Position numbers and translations under genes: made by a program. Shown here in pieces: positions 45,042-61,544 of a stretch of DNA of 64,000 nucleotides; positions within the stretch are counted from its first letter, which is position 1; every line of letters starts with the position of its first letter. The stretch is from Dictyostelium discoideum (Eukaryota). The notes beneath the pieces are model-generated. The model made no database searches, was not told the origin of the DNA, and saw nothing but the letters and a program-made list of their open reading frames with translations. The stretch spans positions 736,001-800,000 of the forward strand of contig CM000154.2 of the NCBI GenBank assembly GCA_000004695.1, given 5' to 3'.

Positions 45042-47577
45042 TAATAATAATTGTTTTATGAAAATAGATTTAAATTTAAATAATAAACCAATAATTAAAA
45101 TTAATAATTCAACATGTTTATATTCAAATGATGGATCAATTGAAATTGATGGAAATGGTATTGATATTGGTAGTGTTTTAATTGGTGATCAATTATTTAG
45201 AAAATCTTCAAATGGAGTATATGGTGGTTTAAATGTTGGTAGTTATCAAGTTTCTTTAATTTATAGTACAATTAGTTCAAATCTATTTTGTGGTGGTCAA
45301 AAATATGATGTTGGTACCGTTACCATTGGTTCAATTGATTCTAGTTTTAATGTTGTTGTAAATTCAGTTTCAAATGCTAATTGTCAAACTAATGGTAATG
45401 ATGGTTCAATTACAATTGAAAATCCAACAACATTTAAATCAATTTCAATAGCAAGTGGTGGTGGTGGTGGTACAAATGTTGCAGTTAATGGTGTTTTATC
45501 AAATTTACAATCAGGTTTACATAAAGTTGATTTCGAAAGTATTGATTCAAAATGTAAAGGTTCATTCCCAGTTTTTGTTGGTAGTGCAGGTACAGAACCA
45601 ACTATTACTTTAAATTTAATTCAACCTTCAACATGTTATTCTGATCCTTCAATTTCATCAGTTTCAAATGTTATTGGTGATGGTATTCTCTCTATTGGTA
45701 TATTTAATTCATCAGGTGATAGTACGGAAGTTTCAAAAGTAATTGATGTAAATTCAAATAATTTACAATTCACAAGTCAAACTGGTGCTATACCAATTTC
45801 ACCAGGTAATAAAGTGTTAATCATTTATTCCGGTACATGTGCTTATAGAAAAACTATAACAATTCCACATACCGATCCATCATTATCATATAGTTCAACC
45901 TTTGATTACAATTGTTTTAATCAATTTGAAAATGGTATAATTTCAAGTTCATTAGAATCAAATTTCAATGTTGTTATAAATTCAGTTAAAGTTACAACAA
46001 CAACACCAACACCAACACCAACTACTACAACTTCAATTATTAATAACTCACCATTTGTAATTAATAATTTACAAAGTGGACAATATTCAGCATTAGTTAA
46101 ATGGAACTCAGTTTGTCAATCAGTATTACCAATTGTAACGAAATCAGTTAGCCCAATAACACCACCACCACCAACTTTTACAATTACTCATGATACTTCA
46201 ACTTGTTTATCAGATTATAACTATCATTTACAAATTACAAATATGGAAAAATATTCGAGCGTTTCAATTAACGGTAGAATTCAAGATGATTCAAATGGTA
46301 ATTTCTTTATGTTACCAGTTACAAGTGGTGAAATCATTTATAAAGATAAATCTACTCAATGTATTGGTAAGGTTAATTTCAATTTTGACCCTTTGACAAC
46401 AACCGCCACTCCTTTATCAACAAATCCAAACATTAATAAAACATTTGAAACATGTCATGGATCATGTGATGGAACATTACAAATTAGTAATAATATTTTA
46501 AATGAAACTTATTATCATTATTCATCAATTTCAATTAGAGAGAATAGTAAAAGATTTTTAACACCATTCAAACCATCAATGTCATCCGGTATTAATTATT
46601 ATGGAATTTCAACAACAAATTTATTATTTAATGAAATTGGTAAATCGAATCCATTTTGTATAATTTCAAAACCAATTTCATTTACATCTTTTGAACCGAT
46701 AATTGTAAATTTAAATGGTGAATCATGTTTAGTATTTAATAATGATACCGATATGGTTTTATATACAAATGTAACAAACCCACAAACAAATATATCAACC
46801 ATTGTAGTTTCATATAAGGGTAGTTCAAAGAATATTGGCTCCATTGAAGCTATGGTCAGAGTATTTGATGATGAAAATAGTGATATTGAATCATTGCCAA
46901 CTAGTTTAACTGCAACTTATAAATTGGTTAATACTAATACACCAAGTTCAATAATTCCATCAACAAGTAATAGCATTGCTGATTATGATAATTTATCATT
47001 TGGTAATTATTTATTAACAGCATCAATCACTAATAAACAATGTAAAAGATCTTTAGTACAATCATTTAAATTGGATAATACAACCAATAATGCATTCTTA
47101 ATTAAATTAGATACTACCAATTATTGTGAAGCTGTTAGAATAGTACCATTCAATATGAATCTATTATTTAACTATTATATCACAAATTCATCAGGTGGTT
47201 TAGTTTATCAATATTTAAATAAAACCGGTGTTGTAATTAGTGATTATTTGGATAGTGAAATGCAATACACTGTAAAAGCAGTTCAAATCAATAGTAATGG
47301 TGGTGATCAATATATAAGCTCATGTAATTTGATTGTCCAATCAAAAATTTGCCCTGTTAATAATGATTCTCAAATTAAATTAATCGTTGGTTTAGCATTA
47401 GGTTTATTGGTTGCTGCTTTCATCATAGTATATGCTATCTATAAATTAAGACAAAGACAAATTAAAAAGAATAATAATGAAAAATTAAAAGAAAATGAAC
47501 ATCCTCAAGAAGATGATGATCAAGAAGAAGAAATTGATGAAAATTATCGTCATCATAATATGATGGTTGAAATGTAA
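45031..47577 (+). CDS. C-terminal part of the same large type-I membrane glycoprotein, read in the +1 frame. It carries more Cys modules, a Thr/Pro linker (TTTPTPTPTTTTS), a TM helix (IVGLALGLLVAAFIIVYAIY) and an acidic cytoplasmic tail.
   Basis: It repeats the ORF-1 module motifs (NSTCLYSNDGSIEIDG, NANCQTNGNDGSITIEN, CHGSCDGTLQISNN). It has no signal peptide of its own and begins 11 nt before the ORF-1 stop. A single gene split by an indel or slippage fits better than two genes. Confidence 0.6.
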   Translation: MITNNNNCFMKIDLNLNNKPIIKINNSTCLYSNDGSIEIDGNGIDIGSVLIGDQLFRKSSNGVYGGLNVGSYQVSLIYSTISSNLFCGGQKYDVGTVTIGSIDSSFNVVVNSVSNANCQTNGNDGSITIENPTTFKSISIASGGGGGTNVAVNGVLSNLQSGLHKVDFESIDSKCKGSFPVFVGSAGTEPTITLNLIQPSTCYSDPSISSVSNVIGDGILSIGIFNSSGDSTEVSKVIDVNSNNLQFTSQTGAIPISPGNKVLIIYSGTCAYRKTITIPHTDPSLSYSSTFDYNCFNQFENGIISSSLESNFNVVINSVKVTTTTPTPTPTTTTSIINNSPFVINNLQSGQYSALVKWNSVCQSVLPIVTKSVSPITPPPPTFTITHDTSTCLSDYNYHLQITNMEKYSSVSINGRIQDDSNGNFFMLPVTSGEIIYKDKSTQCIGKVNFNFDPLTTTATPLSTNPNINKTFETCHGSCDGTLQISNNILNETYYHYSSISIRENSKRFLTPFKPSMSSGINYYGISTTNLLFNEIGKSNPFCIISKPISFTSFEPIIVNLNGESCLVFNNDTDMVLYTNVTNPQTNISTIVVSYKGSSKNIGSIEAMVRVFDDENSDIESLPTSLTATYKLVNTNTPSSIIPSTSNSIADYDNLSFGNYLLTASITNKQCKRSLVQSFKLDNTTNNAFLIKLDTTNYCEAVRIVPFNMNLLFNYYITNSSGGLVYQYLNKTGVVISDYLDSEMQYTVKAVQINSNGGDQYISSCNLIVQSKICPVNNDSQIKLIVGLALGLLVAAFIIVYAIYKLRQRQIKKNNNEKLKENEHPQEDDDQEEEIDENYRHHNMMVEM

Positions 47578-47704
47578 AATTAAATTTAAAAAAAAAAAAA
47601 AAAAAAGGAAAACAAAAAAAAAAAAAAACAAATTTTAAAAAAATATATTTATATATGTATATTTAAAAAAATAAAATAAATATTGTAATAATATTCTTAA
47701 ATAT

Positions 47705-47747
<43 letters not shown>

Positions 47748-47821
47748 TTCATTTATTTTATTTTTAATTTTACATTATTATTATTTTGTGTGAATTTATT
47801 TTATAAATTGGCTCCAACTAT

Positions 47822-47994
47822 TTATAGATTATTTTGATCATTTTTATTTCTATTTAATTGAGAAATCTCAAGTTCTTTAATCTCTTTTTCTAATAATTTA
47901 ATTTCTTCATCAATTTTAATTAATTTTTCAACATTTATTATATCCTGTGTATCATTTGAATTATTATTAATTAAATTATTATTTTTATTTTTAC

Positions 47995-48027
<33 letters not shown>

Positions 48028-48223
48028 AACAATCAGATTGATGGTAAAAATTTATTATTCTTTCAATAATTTCACTTTTTTTTCCTTTAACATTTTTAAT
48101 TCCTAATTCTCTAGCAATTTTTGCAACTTCTTTGTATAATTTATTATTTAAATTTTCTTTTGTATAAAAATTGATTTGTTTATTTAAATTTTCTTTAATA
48201 TATAAATTGTTTTCTTTATCCAT
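47822..48223 (-). CDS. Small SAP-domain protein (133 aa) with polyN and a C-terminal coiled coil.
   Basis: SAP-like helix-loop-helix LNNKLYKEVAKIARELGIKNVKGKKSEIIERII. Confidence 0.5.
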
Positions 48224-48292
48224 TTTCTATTTATTGTTGATTCAAATTAAAATAAATATTTTCAATTTTATTTTTATTGTATTTTTTTTTTG

Positions 48293-48332
<40 letters not shown>

Positions 48333-48419
48333 TTAAAGATTAAATTAAAATTCTATAATTGGTTCGAAAAAAAAAATAATATAAGGATAAAAATTAATTT
48401 CAAATAAAAAAAAAAAATA

Positions 48420-48460
<41 letters not shown>

Positions 48461-48693
48461 AGTGGATGGGTAATGGAATATTAAAATAAATTTATTATTC
48501 TAATTTGTTTGTACATAATTAATTTTACTAATGAAAAAAAAAAAAATTTTTATATATCATATTTAATTTTAAAAAAAAAAGGTTAAAATTATTGATTAAT
48601 TGGTGATACATTTGAAACCAAAATTGAATTTATATTGATTAATTTTTTTTTGATATGATTTAATTTTTTAAATCTTTTCAAATGGTTGGTTCC

Positions 48694-48736
48694 CTATAAA
48701 AAAAAAAATAAAAAATAATAAAAAGTGTTAGCATGG

Positions 48737-48771
<35 letters not shown>

Positions 48772-49242
48772 CCTCTTTGGACTGTGGTGATATATGAATA
48801 CTATAATACCCACGTCTTTTTTTAATTTTTTATTAATCTTTTTTTTCTGGTGGTTTCCATTATTATTATTACTATTTACATCACTATCATTTGTATCATC
48901 ATCGCTATTTTTATCCGATTTACTATCATCATCATCATCACAATCATTATTATCTTTTTTAATATTATTAGTATTATTATTAATAGTATTATTATTATTA
49001 TTATTATTATTATCCAAATAAAGTTGTTTATCTAAAATTGATAAATCTATTGAATTGAATTCTTTTTTTGGTAATAAAGGAGAAGATGGAGGTGGTGGTG
49101 GAGTTATTCTATGCTGAAGACGTTGATAATTAAAATTATGTTGTTGTTGTTGTTGTTTGGTAAATGAAGTTGCATTAACCAACAATATTAGATTTATACA
49201 TTCAGAATCATGTTGTTCCAAAACACACGTATTTGATCTCAT
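48694..49242 (-). CDS. Hypothetical low-complexity (polyQ/polyN/polyD) protein. The 3' end runs into poly(A)-encoded Lys, so the true stop or an intron is uncertain.
   Basis: Track ORF only. Confidence 0.3.
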
Positions 49243-50188
49243 CCCTTTTCAATTATTGTACTTTTTTTTTTTTTTTTTAATTTAAATTTTTTTTTTTTTG
49301 ATCGTATCTTTTTTTTTCTTTTTTTTGTTGTTGTTGTGCGACAAAAATATAAAAATATAAAAATATAAAAATAAAAAATATAAAATTAAAATTATAAAAA
49401 AAAAAAAAAATGGAATAAAAAAAGTGGAAAGAAAAAAAAAAAAAAAAAAAATTAAAAAAATATAAAATATAAAAAAAAAGTAAAAATGAAATTTAGATGG
49501 ATGGGATGAATGGGAAATTTATAAACAATTGTTTAATAAAAAATATATAAATAAATTTAAAATGTAGATTCTTTAAAAAAAATAAAAAAAAAAGTAGAGG
49601 TCACTACACTAACTGTCAGTTAAAAAAAAAAAAAAAATAAAAAAATAAAGAGAAAAAAAAAAAAATAAAAAAAAAAAATAATTAAAAAAATAAAACAACA
49701 AGTGGGTTTATTATTTTCATTTTTTATTTAATTTTTATTAATTTTTATTTTTTATTAAAAATTTAATAACTTAATTTCAAAAAAAATATTTAAATAAATA
49801 AATTTTAAATATTTAATTAAAAAATTAATTAAAAATTAAAAATTAAAAAATTCTTTATTAAAAAAAAATTAATTTTTAAAATTTAAAATTAAAAAAAAAA
49901 ATTAAAAATTAAAAAAAAAAAAAAAAAAGTGGATTAGAAAAAAAAAAAAAAAAAAATAATCAAAATGATAAAAGGAGGATTTATAATTATTTTTATTATT
50001 ATTATTTTTTTTTTTTTTAAATTTTAAATTTTTTTTTTCAATTTATAAAATTTTGATCTTCAAGTATTAAAATCAAATCAAATCAAATCAAGAATCAATC
50101 TGAAAAATTTAATAAATAAATAAATAAATCCAATTATACATATCGAAAAAAAACCTTTAATATTATAAAAAAATATTATGATAATGAG

Positions 50189-50222
<34 letters not shown>

Positions 50223-50559
50223 AAAAAATAAAAATATGAAAAATAATTTATATAATAATAATAATAATTAAAAAGAAAATGAATACTATAATTATTTTAA
50301 TAATTTTTATTTGTAGATAGATATCAAAAATAACAACACCAACCGCCACAACCAATAAAAAAATAAAAATAAAATTTTTAGAAAAAAAAAAAAACAACAA
50401 TGATTTCCTTTATTTATTTATTTATTTATTTCCACTACTTTTTTTCCAAATACGATTATTTAATTTTTACCTTTTTTATAAATTAAATGTTGTAAAATAC
50501 CATGATAACATTTATTACTCTATTAACATAAAAAGAAACTTCTAATTTAAGTATGTTTC

Positions 50560-50696
50560 AATTGTTGTTTATATGATTTTCTCCTAAATACGATTAGTGT
50601 TAGTGTTTCTTTTATCTGTGTGTGGGTGTGTGTGAGAGATAGGGAGAGAGTGTGTGTGTGTGTGTGTAATTTTTTGAATTATATATTTATTTAATT

Positions 50697-50729
<33 letters not shown>

Positions 50730-50751
50730 CCGCATGCATTTTTCACATCCC

Positions 50752-50783
<32 letters not shown>

Positions 50784-51560
50784 ATTTTAAAATGGAAAAT
50801 ATTAATTATAAATATAAATAAATATATTTATAACTCAATGTATTTATTTGTTGTTTGTTAAAAATAGAAACAGTATATAGAAGTAGTAGTGGGGAGTGAG
50901 TAAGTGTGGGTGGTTGGTAGTAGATTTTCTATATTGAGAGAATTTGTGTGAAAACGTGTGGGCTTAATTAATTTGGAAATAATTTATTTTAACGGTAATC
51001 ATATATTATGATATATGTATACTTGTGAGTGAAAGATAGTGTGTGAGTGTGGGAGTGTGGGAGTGCCCACTCACTATTTCTATTCATATTTTATATATTT
51101 TTTCAATAATGTCCTATTATATCATATTCATTGATTATGGTTGATGTTGTTATTTTGTTGTTTTTTTTTTTTTTATTTAAAAAAAATATAATTTTTATTT
51201 TTTTTTATTTTTATGGATATATATGATAATAATTTGTATTTACATGGTGGTGGTGTTGGTGGTGTTTTAAAATTTTTTATACTTATATATATAAAATTTA
51301 TATTTTTGAAAAATTGTATAATAGCAACAAAAACAAAACAAAATAAAAAAAAAAAATAAATAAAAAAATAAAAAAAAAAAGCATACAATATTAACAACCA
51401 CCAAATCTTGATGGTATTGGAAAAATTAAAAATTTTATGTTTATTTTATTAAACAATTAATTTTGTCTCTGCATATATGCATGTGTGTGAGAGAGTGTGT
51501 GTGTTTTAGTGTGTTTAATATATCTTTTACCCACACATCCATTTTTATTGATATGATTCT
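50560..51560. promoter_or_regulatory. About 1 kb G/T-rich, comparatively GC-rich island in a 2.7-kb AT desert. It carries many GTGTGGG/GGGTGTG/GAGAG motifs resembling Dictyostelium G-box (GBF-type) elements and (GT)n runs.
   Basis: Seen directly. Example motifs: gtgtgggtgtgtgtgagagatagggagagagtgtgtgtgtgtgtg, gtgtgggtggttggtag, gtgtgagtgtgggagtgtgggagtgcccactcac, ggtggtggtgttggtggtg, tgtgtgagagagtgtgtgtg. No ORF. Confidence 0.4.
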
Positions 51561-51958
51561 ATATTTGGACAATTTAATTTTTTTTTGTTATTATTTATGT
51601 TGTATGTAAAATAATTAAATTTAATTATATGTACAACAATACCTATATAGCACATTTATATTAAATTTAAAATTTTATTTATCTATTTTTTTTTTTTAAT
51701 TATTTAATTATTTTTTTTATTTTTTATTTTTGTTTTTTTTTTTTATTTTTTTCTAATCAATTATTTAAATAAAAAAAAATAAATTTCATTTTTTTAGTAA
51801 CCAAAATAAAAAAAAATAAATAAATAAATAAATTTTAAATTAAAAAAAATTATTATTATTTTAAAAATAAAAAAAAAAAAATAGGAATTATAATAATAAT
51901 TTTAAATTTTAAAAATAATAATATTAATAATAATAATCATAATAAATTAAAATAAAAA

Positions 51959-52696
51959 ATGAAAAATAATACTAAAATAATAGAAACTAAATGCAGTATG
52001 GAGCAAATAAATGTATCTCCAAAATACTATGATATAATTTCCTTTGGATATTTTCCAAATTATTTTAATATTAATAATTCAACAAATTCTATTGAAAATC
52101 AATCAAATAATATTAAAGAATATAAAATTTCCATTTTGGAAGATTTCCAAGAAAATGATAATCAAACTAATAAATTATGTACAACTATAACAAATAATAT
52201 TAAAATCATAAAAAAAATCAGTAAATCAAAAAAATTAAATTCAAAATCACATATTTTTAAAAAAAGAAATTTTAAATCAAATTGTACTTCATCAAATCAA
52301 AATTCAAATAATGTAATTGCAACTTTAATTTTACCAAAAATTGATGATAATAATAATAATAATAATAATGATCAAATTGAAAATAATTCAATTAATTGTA
52401 TAAATAATAATAATATTAATAATAATATAAATGAAAATAATAAATTTACATGGGTTTACTATCATTATGATTGTAATGGTAAAAGAAAATCAATATACGA
52501 TGATAATGAAATGTCAGAATTGTCAACTACCCCATTTCCAAAAAATCATATTTGTTCAAAATGTTCATCTAGCCAACGTTCTGTATTTAAATTAAATAAA
52601 TTTGGTAAATTAGATTGCTCATTTTGCTTAAATAATAATAATAATACTACTACTACTACTACTACTACTCCACAACCAAATTCCGATTTTAATTAA
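51959..52696 (+). CDS. Hypothetical Asn-rich protein (245 aa) with a C-terminal CxxC…CxxC segment (ICSKCSSSQRSVFKLNKFGKLDCSFC).
   Basis: Track ORF. Real-gene status is uncertain. Confidence 0.35.
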   Translation: MKNNTKIIETKCSMEQINVSPKYYDIISFGYFPNYFNINNSTNSIENQSNNIKEYKISILEDFQENDNQTNKLCTTITNNIKIIKKISKSKKLNSKSHIFKKRNFKSNCTSSNQNSNNVIATLILPKIDDNNNNNNNDQIENNSINCINNNNINNNINENNKFTWVYYHYDCNGKRKSIYDDNEMSELSTTPFPKNHICSKCSSSQRSVFKLNKFGKLDCSFCLNNNNNTTTTTTTTPQPNSDFN

Positions 52697-53029
52697 AAAA
52701 AAAAAAAAAAAAAAATATATAAAAAAAAAAAAACATGGAAATAAATTAAAAAAAAAAGATGGAAAAAAAAATAAAAAAATATAAAAAAAGATGGAAATAA
52801 TAAATAATAAAAAAAAAAAAATCTTAAAGATTGATTTAATAAATTAAAAAAAAAAATAAAAAAAAAAAAAAATTTTTTTTTTTTAAAATAATTATAATTT
52901 TCTGTTTTAGTTTCATCTGTTGTGATTCAAACAAAATGTTGCCATTAATTTTTTAGTTTTTTTTTTTCTTTTAATTTTTTTTTTAATTTTTTTTTAATTT
53001 TTTTTTTAATTTTTTTCAAAATAAAAAAA

Positions 53030-53069
<40 letters not shown>

Positions 53070-53102
53070 AAATTTATTTATTTATTTATTTATTTATTTA
53101 AT

Positions 53103-53159
<57 letters not shown>

Positions 53160-53236
53160 AAAATAATTAAAAACATTAGACGCAACAAATAAAACTAAAA
53201 AAAGAAATAAAAGAAAGAAAAATATATATTTAGAAA

Positions 53237-54688
53237 ATGATAAAAACTTCAATTAAATTATTAAATAGGAATAGTAATAATTATAGAAATTACTTTTTAA
53301 AAATTAAAAATAAAAATGTTTTAGTAAAATCAAATAATAATAATAATAAAAATAATAATAATATATTTAAAAGAAATTATAATACACAAACATCATTAAA
53401 TACTGATACTCAAAGACAACAACAACAACAAAAACAACAACAACAACAACAAAATAATATAGAATCTTCAATTGATCCAATTTTAAATGATAATTCTAAT
53501 GAAGATGATTTAGAGATTAAAGATCCTTTAATTATTTTCAATACAGTTTGGAATAAATTGGAACAAAAGTATGGTGCTAATAATATGAGATTTCCACAAG
53601 AGATCATATTGGTAGCAGGTGCACCAGGTTCTGGTAAAGGTACCAATACCCCTTTCATGAGCAGTGTCAGAGGTATCACTGCAGATCCAATTGTAATGAG
53701 TTCTTTATTAAATAATGAAGAAGCAAAGAAGATTAAATCATCAGGTGGTATGGTTAGCGATAGTAATGTATTGGAATTATTTTTAGAGGAATTAAGAAAA
53801 CCATGCTATAGATCGGGTGTTGTTGTGGATGGGTTTCCAAGAACCAATATTCAAGTGGAACTTACTAATGCACTCTATCAAAAGATGAAGCAAATGAGAA
53901 AGGTATACTACAACACACCATTGGCACCCTTCTTCCCTCGACCAATATTTAGGGTAACGGTGCTATTCGTTGGCGAGAAGGAATCTGTAGATAGGCAATT
54001 AAGAAGGGGTGACATAACTCGTGATACTAATGTGAAGCTAAAAGAGCAAGGTTTGCCTCTCTTGGAAGAACGTGACACGGATCTTTCTGAAGAGGCGGCA
54101 AGAAAGAGATACAAGATTTTCAGAGATCACTATTCAACCTTACAAACTTTGAAAAAACATTTCCCATTCTCAATTATCGATGCCTCAAAGTCTTTGGATA
54201 AAGTTCAACAAAGTATAATCAAGGAGTTTAAATATCAATCCTCTTTGGAACTCTCTCAAGAAACCTTTGATTTAGTTCAACGTATACCATTGGTCACTGA
54301 TATCATTCAACATGCACGTGTTGATTTAATCACTCGTTTAGATGAATATCAAAATAGACATAACATCCTTTTCACTTCAGTGGTTCATGTAATTGAAAAA
54401 GAATTTTTACCAACAATTCGTCGTCAAGCTATCGCTGGTAGTACGATGCTTAGAATAACAAATAGTATTTTCTCATCATCATTGGCAGTCGATATGGCTT
54501 TGGATCTCTTATCAGAGAGAGGTTTCAGAGTTACCTTTGATATTAAAACAACTTATATACCACGACGTATTGATCCAATAACTCATGAAATTACAAATTT
54601 AACAAAACAAGAATACCAATTTAAATTAGATTTTGAAAAACCTGCAATTCGTGATTTAAGTCAAGCTGTTAAAATTAATTTAAATTAA
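53237..54688 (+). CDS. Adenylate-kinase-family P-loop protein (483 aa). It has an N-terminal low-complexity extension that may be organellar targeting, and a ~230-aa C-terminal extension.
   Basis: AK signature ILVAGAPGSGKGT (GxPGxGKGT). NMP-binding and LID-flank motifs (GGMVSDSNVLELFLEEL; VVDGFPRTNIQVE). Confidence 0.65.
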   Translation: MIKTSIKLLNRNSNNYRNYFLKIKNKNVLVKSNNNNNKNNNNIFKRNYNTQTSLNTDTQRQQQQQKQQQQQQNNIESSIDPILNDNSNEDDLEIKDPLIIFNTVWNKLEQKYGANNMRFPQEIILVAGAPGSGKGTNTPFMSSVRGITADPIVMSSLLNNEEAKKIKSSGGMVSDSNVLELFLEELRKPCYRSGVVVDGFPRTNIQVELTNALYQKMKQMRKVYYNTPLAPFFPRPIFRVTVLFVGEKESVDRQLRRGDITRDTNVKLKEQGLPLLEERDTDLSEEAARKRYKIFRDHYSTLQTLKKHFPFSIIDASKSLDKVQQSIIKEFKYQSSLELSQETFDLVQRIPLVTDIIQHARVDLITRLDEYQNRHNILFTSVVHVIEKEFLPTIRRQAIAGSTMLRITNSIFSSSLAVDMALDLLSERGFRVTFDIKTTYIPRRIDPITHEITNLTKQEYQFKLDFEKPAIRDLSQAVKINLN

Positions 54689-54817
54689 TAAAAAAATAAA
54701 TAAATAATAATAATAAAATTAATTATTTATTTCATTTTTATTCAAATTTTCTTTTTTATTTATTTCTTTTTTTTTTTTTTAATAAATTATTTATCTATTT
54801 ATTTTATTTTTTTTTTT

Positions 54818-54848
<31 letters not shown>

Positions 54849-56494
54849 TTATTTATTTTTATTTGTAAAAACCACCAGTAACAAAAAAAAAAAAAGTTGA
54901 CCGGAAAATAAAATTTTCGCTCCACTATAACCTTTTACAAAAAAAAAAATAAAAATAAAAAATAAAAACTTTTTAACCAGAATTCCGGAAAACAAAAATA
55001 AAAATATTGTTTTGAGAAAATTCGTGTAATGAAAGTAAAAAATTTTGGTGGCTTTTTTTAAAATATCAAAGGAGAAATGTGGAAAAAAAAAAAATGAAAA
55101 TAAAAAACGTTATTTTAATGAGGTCTAAAAACCAAAATTATAAAATAAAAAAAAAAAAAATAAAAAAATAAAAAAATAAAAAAATGATAAATGATTAGTT
55201 GTAGAATTAATTAATTAATTTATTTAGTTGAATTTTTTATTTTTTTATTTTTTTATTTTTTTTTTTTGTTAATGTTACCCCAATCTAATTCTTTTTGACA
55301 AAAAAAAAAAAAGAAAAAAAAAAAAAAAATCATATAACCTTTGAATTGAAAAGCCAAAGATTTTAACTTTCAGAAAAAAAAAAAATTAAAAAAAAAATAA
55401 AAAAAAAATTGATTTTTTAAAATAACGCCATCATTTAAAAATGCTGATGCATATTCCTAAATTTCCTTTTTTGTTGGAATTATTTTTATTTATAAACTTT
55501 TTTTTTTAAAAAAAAATGATCATATTAATTTATGGTGCAACACACCTTTGTATAAAAAAAAAAAAAAAAAAAAACCTTATGACATTCTTTTTGTGTCAGA
55601 GAGGAAAAAAAAAAATTTAAAAAATTTATAAATAAAAAAAGATTTTTTCTTTTGTTTTTTTTTATTTTTATTTTTATTTTAAAAAACATATAACCTTGAA
55701 AGTTATAAATAAATTTTTTTTTTTTTTTTTTTCTTAACTTAATCTATTATTACTTTTTTTTTTATTTTTTTGGTAAATATCAAAATTTTGCAGTAAAAAA
55801 AAAAAAAAAAAAATTAAAAAAAAAAAAAACAAAAATAAAAAAATAAAAAAAAAAATAAAAAAAAATAAAAAAAAATAAAAATAAAAATAAAAAAAAAAGA
55901 TCTGTTTTGAAGGAAAAGGACAATTAATCCTCTCTTTTAGTCCATTCTATCAATTAAAGAATATAGTATATAATACACATATATATGTTTTTTCTCATAT
56001 TTTCAAAATAAATAATAAAAATAGAAGCAAAAATAAAGACCACAGATTTAAAAACAAACAATTTATTTTATTTTTATTTTTTTTTTTTAATAATTTTTTG
56101 ATAATACAATTGTAATATATAAATTTTTTCATTTTTTTTTTTTTTTTTTTAATCTTAATGTATTATTTAAATTATTTTTAAATTATATATAACATCAAAA
56201 AAAAAAAAACAATAAAAAATAAATAAATAAGACATAAAAAAAATAATAAAATTATAATAATAATAAGAATAATAAAATAATATTATAACATTCACACACA
56301 CAAATTACCAATAATTTTTTTCTTTTTAATATCTGTAATATTAATATTAACTTTTTTTTTTTTTTATTAATTTATTTATTTATTTTAAAAATTTTTAATT
56401 TATAATTTTTGGTTATTAGTAATTTCAAATTTATTTACTGACGTTGGCAAAACAAATCCAAAAAAAAAAAAAAAATAAAAAATTTATTTAAGAA

Positions 56495-61051
<4,557 letters not shown>

Positions 61052-61544
61052 TATAAATAATATATATTTTTTTTAAAAAAAAAAAAATTAAAGTTTAAAA
61101 ATAAATGGTACTCTCCCATCTTAATAGGATGGTGGAATGTAAATTATTTAGATAAAAATTGGAAGTTGTTAATTGTTAAACAACTATTTTTTTATTTATT
61201 ATTATTATTATTATTTTCTGTGGATCTTTTTTTTTTTTTTTTATTTATCCATTTTAATTTTTCTAATTAAATGCCTTAATAAAAACCACAAAAAAAAATA
61301 AAATTACTATAAAAAAAATAATCAAAAATAAATCGATTTCTCTTTGAGGCACTGGATCTTATTGGTTGGATGGGGTTATTATTTCAAATTTAAATTGTTT
61401 GGTTTTTTCCATTTACAACTTTTTTTTTTTTTTAAAACTCATTAATTTAAATAAATAATTAAAAATATATTTTAATATTAATGATAAATTAAAAGTTAAT
61501 AAATTTTTATTGAAAAGAAAAAAATTGAATTTAAAAAAATAAAT

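Noticed and set aside
43158-47577. Two separate genes instead of one frameshifted gene.
   Set aside because: The second ORF lacks a signal peptide and a promoter-like spacer, and overlaps the first by 11 nt. The complementary topology (signal peptide only in ORF1, TM only in ORF2) argues for one disrupted gene. It is kept as two CDS features with the caveat.
48361-48380. 'ggttcgaaaaaa', considered as a tRNA B-box.
   Set aside because: No acceptor stem, A-box or CCA-compatible 3' context, and it is embedded in poly(A).
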